DNA from: an uncultured Hyphomicrobiales bacterium
Lineage (GTDB): Bacteria > Pseudomonadota > Alphaproteobacteria > Reyranellales > JAQSWP01
Assembly (NCBI GenBank): GCA_964388115.1
Contig: CAYLYK010000006.1
Coordinates: 10,001 to 74,000, forward strand
Direction of reading: 5' to 3'
DNA length: 64,000 bases
Position 1 is the stretch's first letter. Each line of letters starts with the position of its first letter. The translations under genes and the position numbers were made by a program. This document shows, piece by piece, positions 9,588-18,009 of this stretch. A model generated the notes under the pieces. It was not told the origin of the DNA. It searched no databases and worked only from the letters and a program-made list of their open reading frames with translations.

Positions 9588-9616
9588 AACATACATTTAA
9601 ACCAAAGATTTATCAA
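9588..9616 (-). promoter_or_regulatory. Candidate sigma70-type promoter for the OMP/FecR operon
   Basis: Minus strand: TTGATA (9616-9611), 17-nt spacer, TATGTT (9593-9588). It sits in the only AT-rich patch upstream of ATG 9492. Confidence 0.3.
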
Positions 9617-9936
9617 TAACTACACGGATTTCACCGCCAAGGATGTGAAGCAGGTCACAAGCTCGACTTGTGTCTCGTGAAATCCTCACTTCGCATGTTC
9701 CACAGGCGTATGGCTTGTCGCTGCCAGCCAAAAGGAACACACTTTTTTCCTAAGCGTTCGTCCAGAGCGGGGCCGAATCGGACCCGCGCCGTTGGGATCG
9801 AGTTCCCGGCGTTCGCACAAAGAGGTCCGTAACGGGCCAGATGACGCCGCTATTCGACGCGTCTGCCATCAAGGGATCCAGCGAGCGTATTGCGACGCGG
9901 TGCCGGGCGTCTCCCGTCTGGGAGAGGAGGTGGCAT

Positions 9937-10368
9937 ATGCTTGTTTCCGACGTTCTTGGCGGCAAGGAAATCGATGTCATCGGCGTGACGCCGGACATGA
10001 CGGTTGAAGATGCCGCCCGCACCATGGCCAGACACGGCATCGGCGCCGTTCTGGTGCTGGCGGGCGACCGTGTATTGGGCATCGTTTCGGAGCGCGATAT
10101 TGCCCGCGGTGTCGCCAATCGCGGCGGCGCGGTTTTGGCCGATCGCTGCGGCGACATCATGACCCGCGCCGTGGTGGTGTGCGAGCCGGATAATACGGTG
10201 GAATCGGTGATGTCGGTGATGACCGAACGGCGTATTCGGCATTTGCCGGTGGTTCAGCGCGGCCGGCTGATCGGCGTGGTGTCCATCGGCGACATCGTGA
10301 AGGCGATGATCGACGAGGTGAAGCACGAGGCCGAGGATTTGCGCCGCTACATCGTGGCGGGCGAATAG
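9937..10368 (+). CDS. CBS-pair domain protein
   Basis: 143 aa from ATG 9937, with a strong SD GGAGAGGAGG at 9921-9930. Two CBS motifs ([25 protein letters not shown]...GIVSERDI and [24 protein letters not shown]...GVVSIGDIV). Confidence 0.85.
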   Translation: MLVSDVLGGKEIDVIGVTPDMTVEDAARTMARHGIGAVLVLAGDRVLGIVSERDIARGVANRGGAVLADRCGDIMTRAVVVCEPDNTVESVMSVMTERRIRHLPVVQRGRLIGVVSIGDIVKAMIDEVKHEAEDLRRYIVAGE

Positions 10369-10397
10369 TCAGTCAGAATTGTTCTGCGGAACTGCAT

Positions 10398-10437
10398 GGG
10401 GCCGTTGCGCCGACAGGCGAGACGGCCCTTTCTTTTT
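10398..10437 (+). terminator. Rho-independent terminator after the CBS gene
   Basis: GGGCCGT...ACGGCCC stem with an internal CGCC/GGCG extension, followed by TTTCTTTTT. It starts 30 nt after the stop. Confidence 0.6.
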
Positions 10438-10541
10438 GTCCTTGCCCGGTCGCGGCGCGAGCGGCAATTTGCCTGTGGGAAGCGCCTTTTCCTTCCGGCC
10501 TTAAAGCCGGAAAAAAGCCAATCAGACGTATGGGTTGTTTT

Positions 10542-12149
10542 ATGCCGGTTTTGAAATCCGCGGTCGATACCCGTTCGGCCAGTTTCCAGGCCAATGCCAA
10601 GGCCATGCGCGAGCAGGTCGACGATCTGAAAGCCAAGGTCGCCAAGATCAAGGAAGGCGGCGGCGCCAAGGCCAAGGAGCGCCATGTCGCGCGCGGCAAG
10701 CTCCTGCCGCGCGACCGCGTCCGCACCTTGCTCGATCCGGGCTCGCCCTTCCTCGAGCTGTCGCAGCTTGCCGCCTACAACATGTATGACAACGAAGTGC
10801 CGTCGGCCGGCGTGATCACCGGCATTGGCCGCGTCTCGGGCCAGGAATGCGTGATCGTCTGCAATGACGCCACGGTCAAGGGCGGCACCTATTATCCGAT
10901 TACTGTGACCAAGCATTTGCGGGCGCAGCAGATCGCGATCGAGAACAGACTGCCTTGCATCTACCTTGTCGATTCCGGCGGCGCCAATCTGCCGAACCAG
11001 ACTGGCGTGTTCCCCGACGTCACCCATTTCGGCCGTATCTTCTACAATCAGGCCAATATGTCGGCGCAGGGCATTCCGCAGCTCGCCGTCGTGATGGGCT
11101 CGTGCACCGCGGGGGGCGCCTATATGCCCGCCATGTCGGACGAAGCCATTATCGTGCGCAAGCAGGGCACCATCTTCCTGGGCGGCCCGCCGCTCGTTAA
11201 GGCCGCGATCGGCGAAGTGGTCAGCGCCGAGGATCTGGGCGGGGCCGATGTGCATTCGCGCACCTCGGGCGTCACCGATTACTACGCGATGAACGATTCG
11301 CATGCGCTGGGCATGGCGCGGCGGGTCATCGCCAACATCAATCGCGTCAAGCGTCCCTCGGTTTCTGTCGAGCCGCCGCGTGAGCCGCTCTACGGCGCCG
11401 AAGAGATGTATGGCGTGGTGCCGTCCGACGCCCGCCAGCCCTACGACGTGCGCGAGATCATCGCGCGGCTGGTCGACGGCAGCGAGTTCGACGAGTTCAA
11501 GCAGCTTTACGGCACCACCGTGGTCTGCGGCTTCGCCCGCATCTGGGGCTACCCGGTGGGCATCGTCGGCAACAACGGCATCCTGTTCTCGGAGTCGGCG
11601 CTTAAGGCCACGCATTTCATCGAACTGTGCGGCCAGCGCGGCATTCCGCTGATCTTCCTGCAGAACATCGTCGGCTTCATGGTCGGCAAGAAATACGAGT
11701 CGGGTGGCATCGCCAAGGACGGCGCCAAGATGGTGACGGCCGTCGCCACCGTGAACGTGCCGAAATTCACCGTCATCATCGGCGGCTCCTATGGGGCGGG
11801 CAATTACGGCATGTGCGGCCGCGCCTACAGCCCGCGCTTCCTGTGGATGTGGCCGTCGGGTCGCATCTGCGTCATGGGCGGCGAGCAGGCGGCATCGGTG
11901 CTGGCCACGGTCAAGCGCGACGGCATGGAGCGCAGCGGCGAGAGCTGGAGCGCCGAGGAAGAGGCCGCATTCAAGAAGCCGATCCGCGATCAGCTCGAGG
12001 CCGAGGCGCATCCATATTTCGCGTCGGCCCGTATCTGGGACGACGGCGTCATCGATCCCGCCGATACGCGCATGACCCTGGGTCTGGCGCTGTCCGCCAC
12101 CATGAACCGACCGATCGAGCCGACCAAGTTCGGCGTGTTCCGGATGTAA
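10542..12149 (+). CDS. liuB: Methylcrotonyl-CoA carboxylase, carboxyltransferase (beta) subunit
   Basis: About 535 aa, colinear with MCCase beta / propionyl-CoA carboxylase beta-type carboxyltransferases. The N-terminus [22 protein letters not shown] is typical. An alternative ATG lies at 10530. Confidence 0.95.
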   Translation: MPVLKSAVDTRSASFQANAKAMREQVDDLKAKVAKIKEGGGAKAKERHVARGKLLPRDRVRTLLDPGSPFLELSQLAAYNMYDNEVPSAGVITGIGRVSGQECVIVCNDATVKGGTYYPITVTKHLRAQQIAIENRLPCIYLVDSGGANLPNQTGVFPDVTHFGRIFYNQANMSAQGIPQLAVVMGSCTAGGAYMPAMSDEAIIVRKQGTIFLGGPPLVKAAIGEVVSAEDLGGADVHSRTSGVTDYYAMNDSHALGMARRVIANINRVKRPSVSVEPPREPLYGAEEMYGVVPSDARQPYDVREIIARLVDGSEFDEFKQLYGTTVVCGFARIWGYPVGIVGNNGILFSESALKATHFIELCGQRGIPLIFLQNIVGFMVGKKYESGGIAKDGAKMVTAVATVNVPKFTVIIGGSYGAGNYGMCGRAYSPRFLWMWPSGRICVMGGEQAASVLATVKRDGMERSGESWSAEEEAAFKKPIRDQLEAEAHPYFASARIWDDGVIDPADTRMTLGLALSATMNRPIEPTKFGVFRM

Positions 12150-12934
12150 TGATGGAAGACCCGGTTCTCTATTCGGTCGATGGCGGTATCGCGACGGTCC
12201 GTCTCAATCGGCCGTCGGCGCATAACGCGCTCGATCGCGCCACGGGCGAGGCTTTGATCGATTGCGTGAAGCTCGCGGCCGAGGATGACAGCGCGCGCGT
12301 GGTGGTATTGGCGGCGGACGGGCCGACATTCTCCGCCGGCGGCGATTTCAATTGGGTGCTGAGCTGGCCCAAGCTCAGCCAGCAGGAGCAGCACGCCGGC
12401 GCCAAGCTGCTGTCGGATGCCGTGCAGGCGATTTACGACCTGCCCAAGCCCAGCATCGCGCGCGTGCAGGGCGCCACGGTCGGCGGCGGCGTGGGCATGA
12501 TGCTGGCGTGCGATTATGCGGTGGCGGCCGACAACACGCGCTTTGGCCTGACATCCGTGCGCAACGGCTTGCTGGCCGGCATCGCCATTCCCGAACTGAT
12601 CCAGGCTCTGGGCGCGCGCAAGGCGCGGCAGTTGCTGCTGCATGGCGGCGTCATGCCGGCGGAGCAGGCGCTGGAGCTTGGCCTGGTCGATCGCGTCGTG
12701 CCTGCTTCGCAACTGGACGAAGAGGTTCAGGGCCTCGCCTACGAACTGAAGCAGGGCGCGCCGTCGGTGCAGGCCCTGATCAAGCGGCTGGTGACGGAAA
12801 TGTCCGTCGCCGCCCGCGACGAGAAGATTGCTGCCCGCATTGCCGACGAGGTCGCCGCGCAATGCACCACGCCCGATGCCGGGGAGGGCATGAGCGCCTT
12901 CCTGCAGAAGCGCAAAGCGGCGTGGACGAAGTGA
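12149..12934 (+). CDS. liuC: Enoyl-CoA hydratase/isomerase family (probable methylglutaconyl-CoA hydratase)
   Basis: 261 aa with a crotonase fold (VVVLAADGPTFSAGGDF...ARVQGATVGGGVGMMLACDYAVA). The ATG overlaps the liuB stop (TAATG). It occupies the liuC position between the liuB and liuD genes. Confidence 0.85.
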   Translation: MMEDPVLYSVDGGIATVRLNRPSAHNALDRATGEALIDCVKLAAEDDSARVVVLAADGPTFSAGGDFNWVLSWPKLSQQEQHAGAKLLSDAVQAIYDLPKPSIARVQGATVGGGVGMMLACDYAVAADNTRFGLTSVRNGLLAGIAIPELIQALGARKARQLLLHGGVMPAEQALELGLVDRVVPASQLDEEVQGLAYELKQGAPSVQALIKRLVTEMSVAARDEKIAARIADEVAAQCTTPDAGEGMSAFLQKRKAAWTK

Positions 12935-12949
12935 GATAGGGAAACGCCA

Positions 12950-14968
12950 ATGTTCAGCAAGATCCTGATCGCCAATCGCGGCGAAATCGCCTGCCGGGTC
13001 ATCAAGACCGCACGCCGCCTGGGCATCAAGACGGTCGCCGTCTATTCCGACGCCGACCGCAACGCCATGCATGTCGCGATGGCCGACGAGGCCTATCACA
13101 TCGGCCCGGCCTCGGCGCGCGAGAGCTACCTGGTCGCCGACAAGATCGTCGAGGTGGCGCGCAAGTCCGGCGCGCAGGCGGTGCATCCGGGTTACGGCTT
13201 CCTGTCCGAGAATGCCGGCTTCGCCGAAGCCTGCGCCCAGGCCGGCATCGTCTTCATCGGCCCGCCGCCCTCGGCCATCCGCGCCATGGGCTCCAAGAGC
13301 GAAGCCAAGAAGATCATGGAGAAGGCCAAGGTACCGCTGGTGCCGGGCTATCACGGCGACGACCAGGGCGAGGCGCTGCTGATCAAGGAGGCCGCCCGCA
13401 TCGGCTATCCGGTGCTGATCAAGGCGGCGGCCGGCGGCGGCGGCAAGGGCATGCGCGTGGTCGAGAGCGAGGCGAAGTTCGCCGAGCAGCTGGCAGGCGC
13501 CAAGCGCGAGGCCAAGGGCGCGTTCAGCGACGATCACGTGCTGATCGAGAAATACCTGACGCGCCCGCGCCATATCGAAATCCAGGTGTTCGCCGACACC
13601 AAAGGCAATTGCGTCTATCTGTTCGAGCGCGACTGTTCGATCCAGCGTCGCCATCAGAAGGTGGTCGAGGAAGCGCCGGCGCCGGGCATGCCGCAGGACC
13701 GCCGTCGGGCCATGGGCGAGGCCGCCGTCGCTGCCGCCAAGGCGATCGGCTATGTCGGGGCCGGCACGGTCGAGTTCATCGCCAACCAGGACGGCACGTT
13801 CTATTTCATGGAGATGAACACCCGTCTGCAGGTCGAGCATCCGGTGACGGAAATGATCACCGGGCAGGATCTGGTCGAGTGGCAGCTCAAGGTCGCCTCG
13901 GGCGAGCGTCTGCCGCTGCTGCAGGACGATCTGGCGATCAACGGCCATGCCATCGAAGTGCGGCTCTACGCCGAAGACCCGGTGCGCAACTTCCTGCCCT
14001 CGATCGGCCCGCTGCGCCATCTGCGCTTGCCGGCCGAGAATGCGCATGTGCGCGTCGATACCGGCGTGCGCCAGGGCGATGAAGTGTCGATGAACTACGA
14101 TCCGATGATCGCGAAAATCATCGTCTGGGATCGCGATCGGCTTTCCGCCATCCGCCGCCTGGCCGGCGCCATGGCCGATACGCAGGTGGTCGGCGTTTCC
14201 ACCAACACTGCCTTGCTGGCGGCCATTGCCGCGCATCCAGCCTTTGCCGCCGGCGATCTCGATACCGGTTTCATCGAACGCCACAAGGCGGAGATCATCG
14301 TCAAGCCGGGTGCGCCTTCCGATCAGGTGCTGGCCCTGGCCGCGCTGGCGCAGCTCAGTCGCTTCGGCGCCAGATCGTGCGAACTGCAGAAGCAGTCGCT
14401 CGATCCGTGGTCGCCCTGGGGCATTGCGTCGGGTTGGCGCGTGAACGGTACCAGCCAGGACACGCTCGGCTTCAAATCCGGCGACAGCGACATGAAGGTT
14501 GGCGTGACCTACAAGCGCGACGGCTCATATGAACTGGCGCTGCCGGGCGGGTCGGTGAGCGCGACGGGCGAGTTGGACGATGACGGGCTGCTGTCGGCAA
14601 CCATCGACGGCGTGCGCCAAAGCGCCAATATCGTGCGGCTCATCGCCAACGATGGCAGCGAAGACCTGGTGGTCATGGCGCCGGGCATCAACCATCGTCT
14701 GAAGGCGCTCGATCCGCGCAACGTCTCTGCGGTCGAAGAGGCGCCGCACGGCACCTTGCAGGCGCCGATGCCGGGCAAGGTGATCGATGTAAAGGTCAAG
14801 GACGGTGAGAAGGTGCGCCGCGGTCAGGCCGTCGTCGTGCTGGAAGCGATGAAGATGGAGCACACCATCTCGGCGCCCTCCGACGGCACAATCAAGAAGG
14901 TGAAGTTCGCCGCCGGCGAACTGGTCGACGAAGGCGTCGAACTGGTCGAGTTCGAGCCCGCGGCATAA
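12950..14968 (+). CDS. liuD: Methylcrotonyl-CoA carboxylase, biotin carboxylase + biotinyl (alpha) subunit
   Basis: 672 aa. N-terminal biotin carboxylase (MFSKILIANRGEIACRVIKT...), ATP-grasp domain, and a C-terminal biotinyl domain with VVLEAMKMEHTI. Confidence 0.95.
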   Translation: MFSKILIANRGEIACRVIKTARRLGIKTVAVYSDADRNAMHVAMADEAYHIGPASARESYLVADKIVEVARKSGAQAVHPGYGFLSENAGFAEACAQAGIVFIGPPPSAIRAMGSKSEAKKIMEKAKVPLVPGYHGDDQGEALLIKEAARIGYPVLIKAAAGGGGKGMRVVESEAKFAEQLAGAKREAKGAFSDDHVLIEKYLTRPRHIEIQVFADTKGNCVYLFERDCSIQRRHQKVVEEAPAPGMPQDRRRAMGEAAVAAAKAIGYVGAGTVEFIANQDGTFYFMEMNTRLQVEHPVTEMITGQDLVEWQLKVASGERLPLLQDDLAINGHAIEVRLYAEDPVRNFLPSIGPLRHLRLPAENAHVRVDTGVRQGDEVSMNYDPMIAKIIVWDRDRLSAIRRLAGAMADTQVVGVSTNTALLAAIAAHPAFAAGDLDTGFIERHKAEIIVKPGAPSDQVLALAALAQLSRFGARSCELQKQSLDPWSPWGIASGWRVNGTSQDTLGFKSGDSDMKVGVTYKRDGSYELALPGGSVSATGELDDDGLLSATIDGVRQSANIVRLIANDGSEDLVVMAPGINHRLKALDPRNVSAVEEAPHGTLQAPMPGKVIDVKVKDGEKVRRGQAVVVLEAMKMEHTISAPSDGTIKKVKFAAGELVDEGVELVEFEPAA

Positions 14969-14978
14969 GGAGGCGGTC

Positions 14979-15887
14979 ATGGCCCTGCCCAAGCGAGTGC
15001 GTCTGGTCGAGGTCGGCCCGCGCGACGGGCTGCAGAATGAGGCCAAGCCGGTTCCCGTCGAGGTCAAGGTAGAGCTGATCAACCGGCTGACCGATGCCGG
15101 TCATGTCACCGTCGAGGCCGGCTCCTTCGTCTCGCCCAAATGGGTGCCGCAAATGGCCAGCACCGACGAGGTGATGGCCAGGATCAGGCGCAAGCCGGGC
15201 GTGTCCTATCCCGTGCTGGTACCCAACAAGCAGGGCTTCAACGCGGCGCTGGAAGCGAAGGTCGAGGAGATTGCGGTCTTCGCAGCGGCCTCTGAAAGTT
15301 TCTCGCGCAAGAACATCAATTGCTCCATCGCCGAAAGCCTGGAGCGGTTTGCGCCAGTGATGGAAGCGGCGCGGCATCACAACATCAAGGTGCGCGGCTA
15401 CGTTTCGACAGTGGTCGGCTGCCCCTATGAGGGCGATATCGCGCCGCAGGCCGTGGCCGACGTGGCGGCGAAGCTGCTGGCGATGGGCTGCTACGAGATT
15501 TCCCTGGGCGAGACGATCGGCGTCGCCACGCCCGGCAAATGCGTCGCCATGGTCGAGGCGGTGGCGGCTGTTGTGCCGCGCGAGAAGATCGCGGTGCATT
15601 TCCACGACACGTACGGGCAAGCGCTGGCCAATATTCTGGCCTGCATGGAGCGCGGCATCACCGTGATGGATAGCGCCGTCGCCGGTCTGGGCGGCTGTCC
15701 CTATGCCAAGGGTGCATCGGGCAATGTCGGCACGGAAGACGTGCTCTACATGCTGAACGGGCTGGGCATCGAACACGGCGTCGATATCGAGAAGATCGCC
15801 GAGACGGGCCGCTTCATCACCGCCGCGCTGGGCCGCCAGCCGGCGTCGAAGGTAGCGCAAGCCATGGCGGCCAAGCTCGCCGCCTGA
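14979..15887 (+). CDS. liuE: Hydroxymethylglutaryl-CoA lyase
   Basis: 302 aa. RLVEVGPRDGLQNE at the N-terminus, then HFHDTYGQALAN and GLGGCPYAKGASGN, all HMGL signatures. Confidence 0.93.
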   Translation: MALPKRVRLVEVGPRDGLQNEAKPVPVEVKVELINRLTDAGHVTVEAGSFVSPKWVPQMASTDEVMARIRRKPGVSYPVLVPNKQGFNAALEAKVEEIAVFAAASESFSRKNINCSIAESLERFAPVMEAARHHNIKVRGYVSTVVGCPYEGDIAPQAVADVAAKLLAMGCYEISLGETIGVATPGKCVAMVEAVAAVVPREKIAVHFHDTYGQALANILACMERGITVMDSAVAGLGGCPYAKGASGNVGTEDVLYMLNGLGIEHGVDIEKIAETGRFITAALGRQPASKVAQAMAAKLAA

Positions 15888-17987
15888 TCAGTCCGCGATC
15901 TGCACCCTGATCTGCACCGCGCTGCTGCGGCCGGTGGCGTCGACCACGGCGATGCGCGCGAACCCGTCGCCGTCGGGTTTCCACGAGGCGTTGGTCGCCT
16001 GGATCGGCATCGGCTCGCCGTTAATGACCCAGCGCAGCGGACCCTGGCCACCTTCGGCCTTCAACGGCAAGGCGCTTGCATTGGCATCCTGACGGCGCAG
16101 TTCCACCACCGCGCCCTCGGGTGGATAGAGAATGCGGGGCGCGGCTGACTGGTTGCGCGCGCGCGGGCCGATAGTGATTGGCGGCGCACTGGGATCGAAC
16201 ATCTGCAAATACGGCGGCAGGGCGGCGGTGCTGCTGACCGTCAGCACATCGACCGGCTTGCGCGGTGGCGAAACGTCTTCCGGCGGCAGCAGGTCGAAGG
16301 CGCGCAGCATGATAGGGGCCGCCGTGTTGCGGCCGAACTGGCCGGGGCGGGGCGTGCTGTCGGCATGGCCGACCCAGACGCCGACCGTGTAGCGCGGGCT
16401 GTAACCCACCGCCCAGGCATCGCGGAAGCCGAATGAGGTGCCGGTCTTGAAGGCGATGCGACGGCGGCTGCCTGGCGTCGCGGTTTGGGCGTAACTGTCC
16501 GGCGGCGCTGAGCCCACCAGAATATCGCCCACGTACCAGGCGGCGCGCTCGCCGACGAAGCGGCGCGGCTTGTCGTCCGCCGGCCGGTCGCCATGGCGCA
16601 GCGACAAGCCGCGCATGTTTCCGCCATCGGCCAGCCCGGCATAGAGCATGGTCATGTCGAGCAGCGAGATGCCCGCACCGCCCAATACTATGGCCAGCGA
16701 GCCCGAACCGGTTGCATCCTTGGGATAGAGCAAGGTCGCGCCGGCCTGTTGCAGCCCGGCGGCGAAGCGCTCGGCGCCGATGCGATTGACCACGGCGACG
16801 GCCGGAATGTTCAGCGACTGCTGCAGGGCGGAGCGGGCGGTGATGGTGCCCTGGAAGTCGCGGTCGAAATTGCGCGGCGCGTAATCGCCGAAACGGTAGG
16901 GCGAATCATCGATTAGCGACTCCGGATGCAGGATGCCGTCGTCGAAGGCCAGCGCATAGGCGAAAGGCTTCAGCGCCGAGCCGGGCGAGCGCCTGGCGCG
17001 CACCAGGTCGTTCTGCCCCGCCTTGCCGAAGAAATCGGCGCTGCCGACATAGGCCACGACCTTGCGGTCGCGATTGTCGACCACCACCATCGCCACGTCC
17101 GCGCCGTCGGCGAAATGGCGCGAGCTGTCATAGGCAAGCCGCTCCAGCCCACGCTGCACGCCGCCCAACACATGGGAGCGCACTGTTGCGCCGGCGGGCA
17201 CATCGCCGGCCAGCGCCAGTGCAAGATGGGGCGCCAGGAAGGGCAGCGGCTTGCGTTCGATCGGTACCGGCCGGTCGATGGCTTCCAGCCGTTGCGCCTT
17301 GGTCAGTGCGCCACGCTCGGTCAGCACGTCGATCACCCAGTTGCGCTCGCGCCTGGCCGTATCGGCGCGCAGATCGGGGCGGCGGCGTTCCGGCGATTGC
17401 GGCAGGGCGACCAACAAAGCGGCTTCCGCCGGCGTCAGAGTGCGCGGCTCCTTGCCGAGATAGGCCAGCGACGCTGCCCGCACGCCTTCCAGATTGCCGC
17501 CATAAGGCGCCAAAGTCAGGTAGAGCGTCAGGATCTCGTCCTTGCTGTAGCGCAGCTCCAGCTGCACCGCGCGCGCCATCTCGAACAGCTTGCCGCCCAA
17601 ATCGCGCGAATGCGGCTCCAGCAGGCGGGCGGTTTGCATCGTAAGGGTCGACGCGCCCGACACGATCTCGCCATGGGCCACGTATTGCCCGGCGGCGCGC
17701 ACCACCGCAATCGGATCGACGCCAGGGTGCCAGCGGAAGCGACGATCCTCGTAAGCCACCAGCAGCTTCAGGAACAGCGGATCGACGTCCTGCGGCGTCG
17801 CCAGCAGCCGCCAGCGCTCGTCGCGCGAGGTGAAGGCACGCAGCACCTTGCCGTCGGCGTCGAGCACCAGCGTCGATCTGTCGTTGAATCGCGACAGGTC
17901 CGGCGGATACAGCCGATCCAGCACCGCGCCGGCGACGACAAGCGCCGCGCAGCACAGTGTTGCGATCAATAGAAGGCGGCGGCGCAT
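15888..17987 (-). CDS. pbpC: Penicillin-binding protein 1C (bifunctional transglycosylase/transpeptidase-like)
   Basis: 699 aa. GT51 motifs AYEDRRFRWHPGVD. Transpeptidase motifs SPGSALKP (SxxK) and KTGTS. C-terminal PbpC-type domain. Lies immediately downstream of the alpha-2-macroglobulin gene. Confidence 0.9.
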   Translation of the reverse strand: MRRRLLLIATLCCAALVVAGAVLDRLYPPDLSRFNDRSTLVLDADGKVLRAFTSRDERWRLLATPQDVDPLFLKLLVAYEDRRFRWHPGVDPIAVVRAAGQYVAHGEIVSGASTLTMQTARLLEPHSRDLGGKLFEMARAVQLELRYSKDEILTLYLTLAPYGGNLEGVRAASLAYLGKEPRTLTPAEAALLVALPQSPERRRPDLRADTARRERNWVIDVLTERGALTKAQRLEAIDRPVPIERKPLPFLAPHLALALAGDVPAGATVRSHVLGGVQRGLERLAYDSSRHFADGADVAMVVVDNRDRKVVAYVGSADFFGKAGQNDLVRARRSPGSALKPFAYALAFDDGILHPESLIDDSPYRFGDYAPRNFDRDFQGTITARSALQQSLNIPAVAVVNRIGAERFAAGLQQAGATLLYPKDATGSGSLAIVLGGAGISLLDMTMLYAGLADGGNMRGLSLRHGDRPADDKPRRFVGERAAWYVGDILVGSAPPDSYAQTATPGSRRRIAFKTGTSFGFRDAWAVGYSPRYTVGVWVGHADSTPRPGQFGRNTAAPIMLRAFDLLPPEDVSPPRKPVDVLTVSSTAALPPYLQMFDPSAPPITIGPRARNQSAAPRILYPPEGAVVELRRQDANASALPLKAEGGQGPLRWVINGEPMPIQATNASWKPDGDGFARIAVVDATGRSSAVQIRVQIAD

Positions 17988-18009
17988 GGCCTGGCCTCTG
18001 GTTTCCTTC

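Noticed and set aside
9841-9936. N-terminal extension of the CBS protein to ATG 9841 (175 aa)
   Set aside because: The extension has no CBS or other features and no SD. ATG 9937 has a strong GGAGAGGAGG SD and gives a standard two-CBS protein.
10347-14284. 554-aa and 764-aa minus-strand ORFs (10347-12011, 11990-14284) opposite liuB/liuC/liuD
   Set aside because: These are shadow ORFs antisense to strongly supported carboxylase genes. They have no SD, no recognisable domains and a biased Arg/Ala/Asp/His composition.
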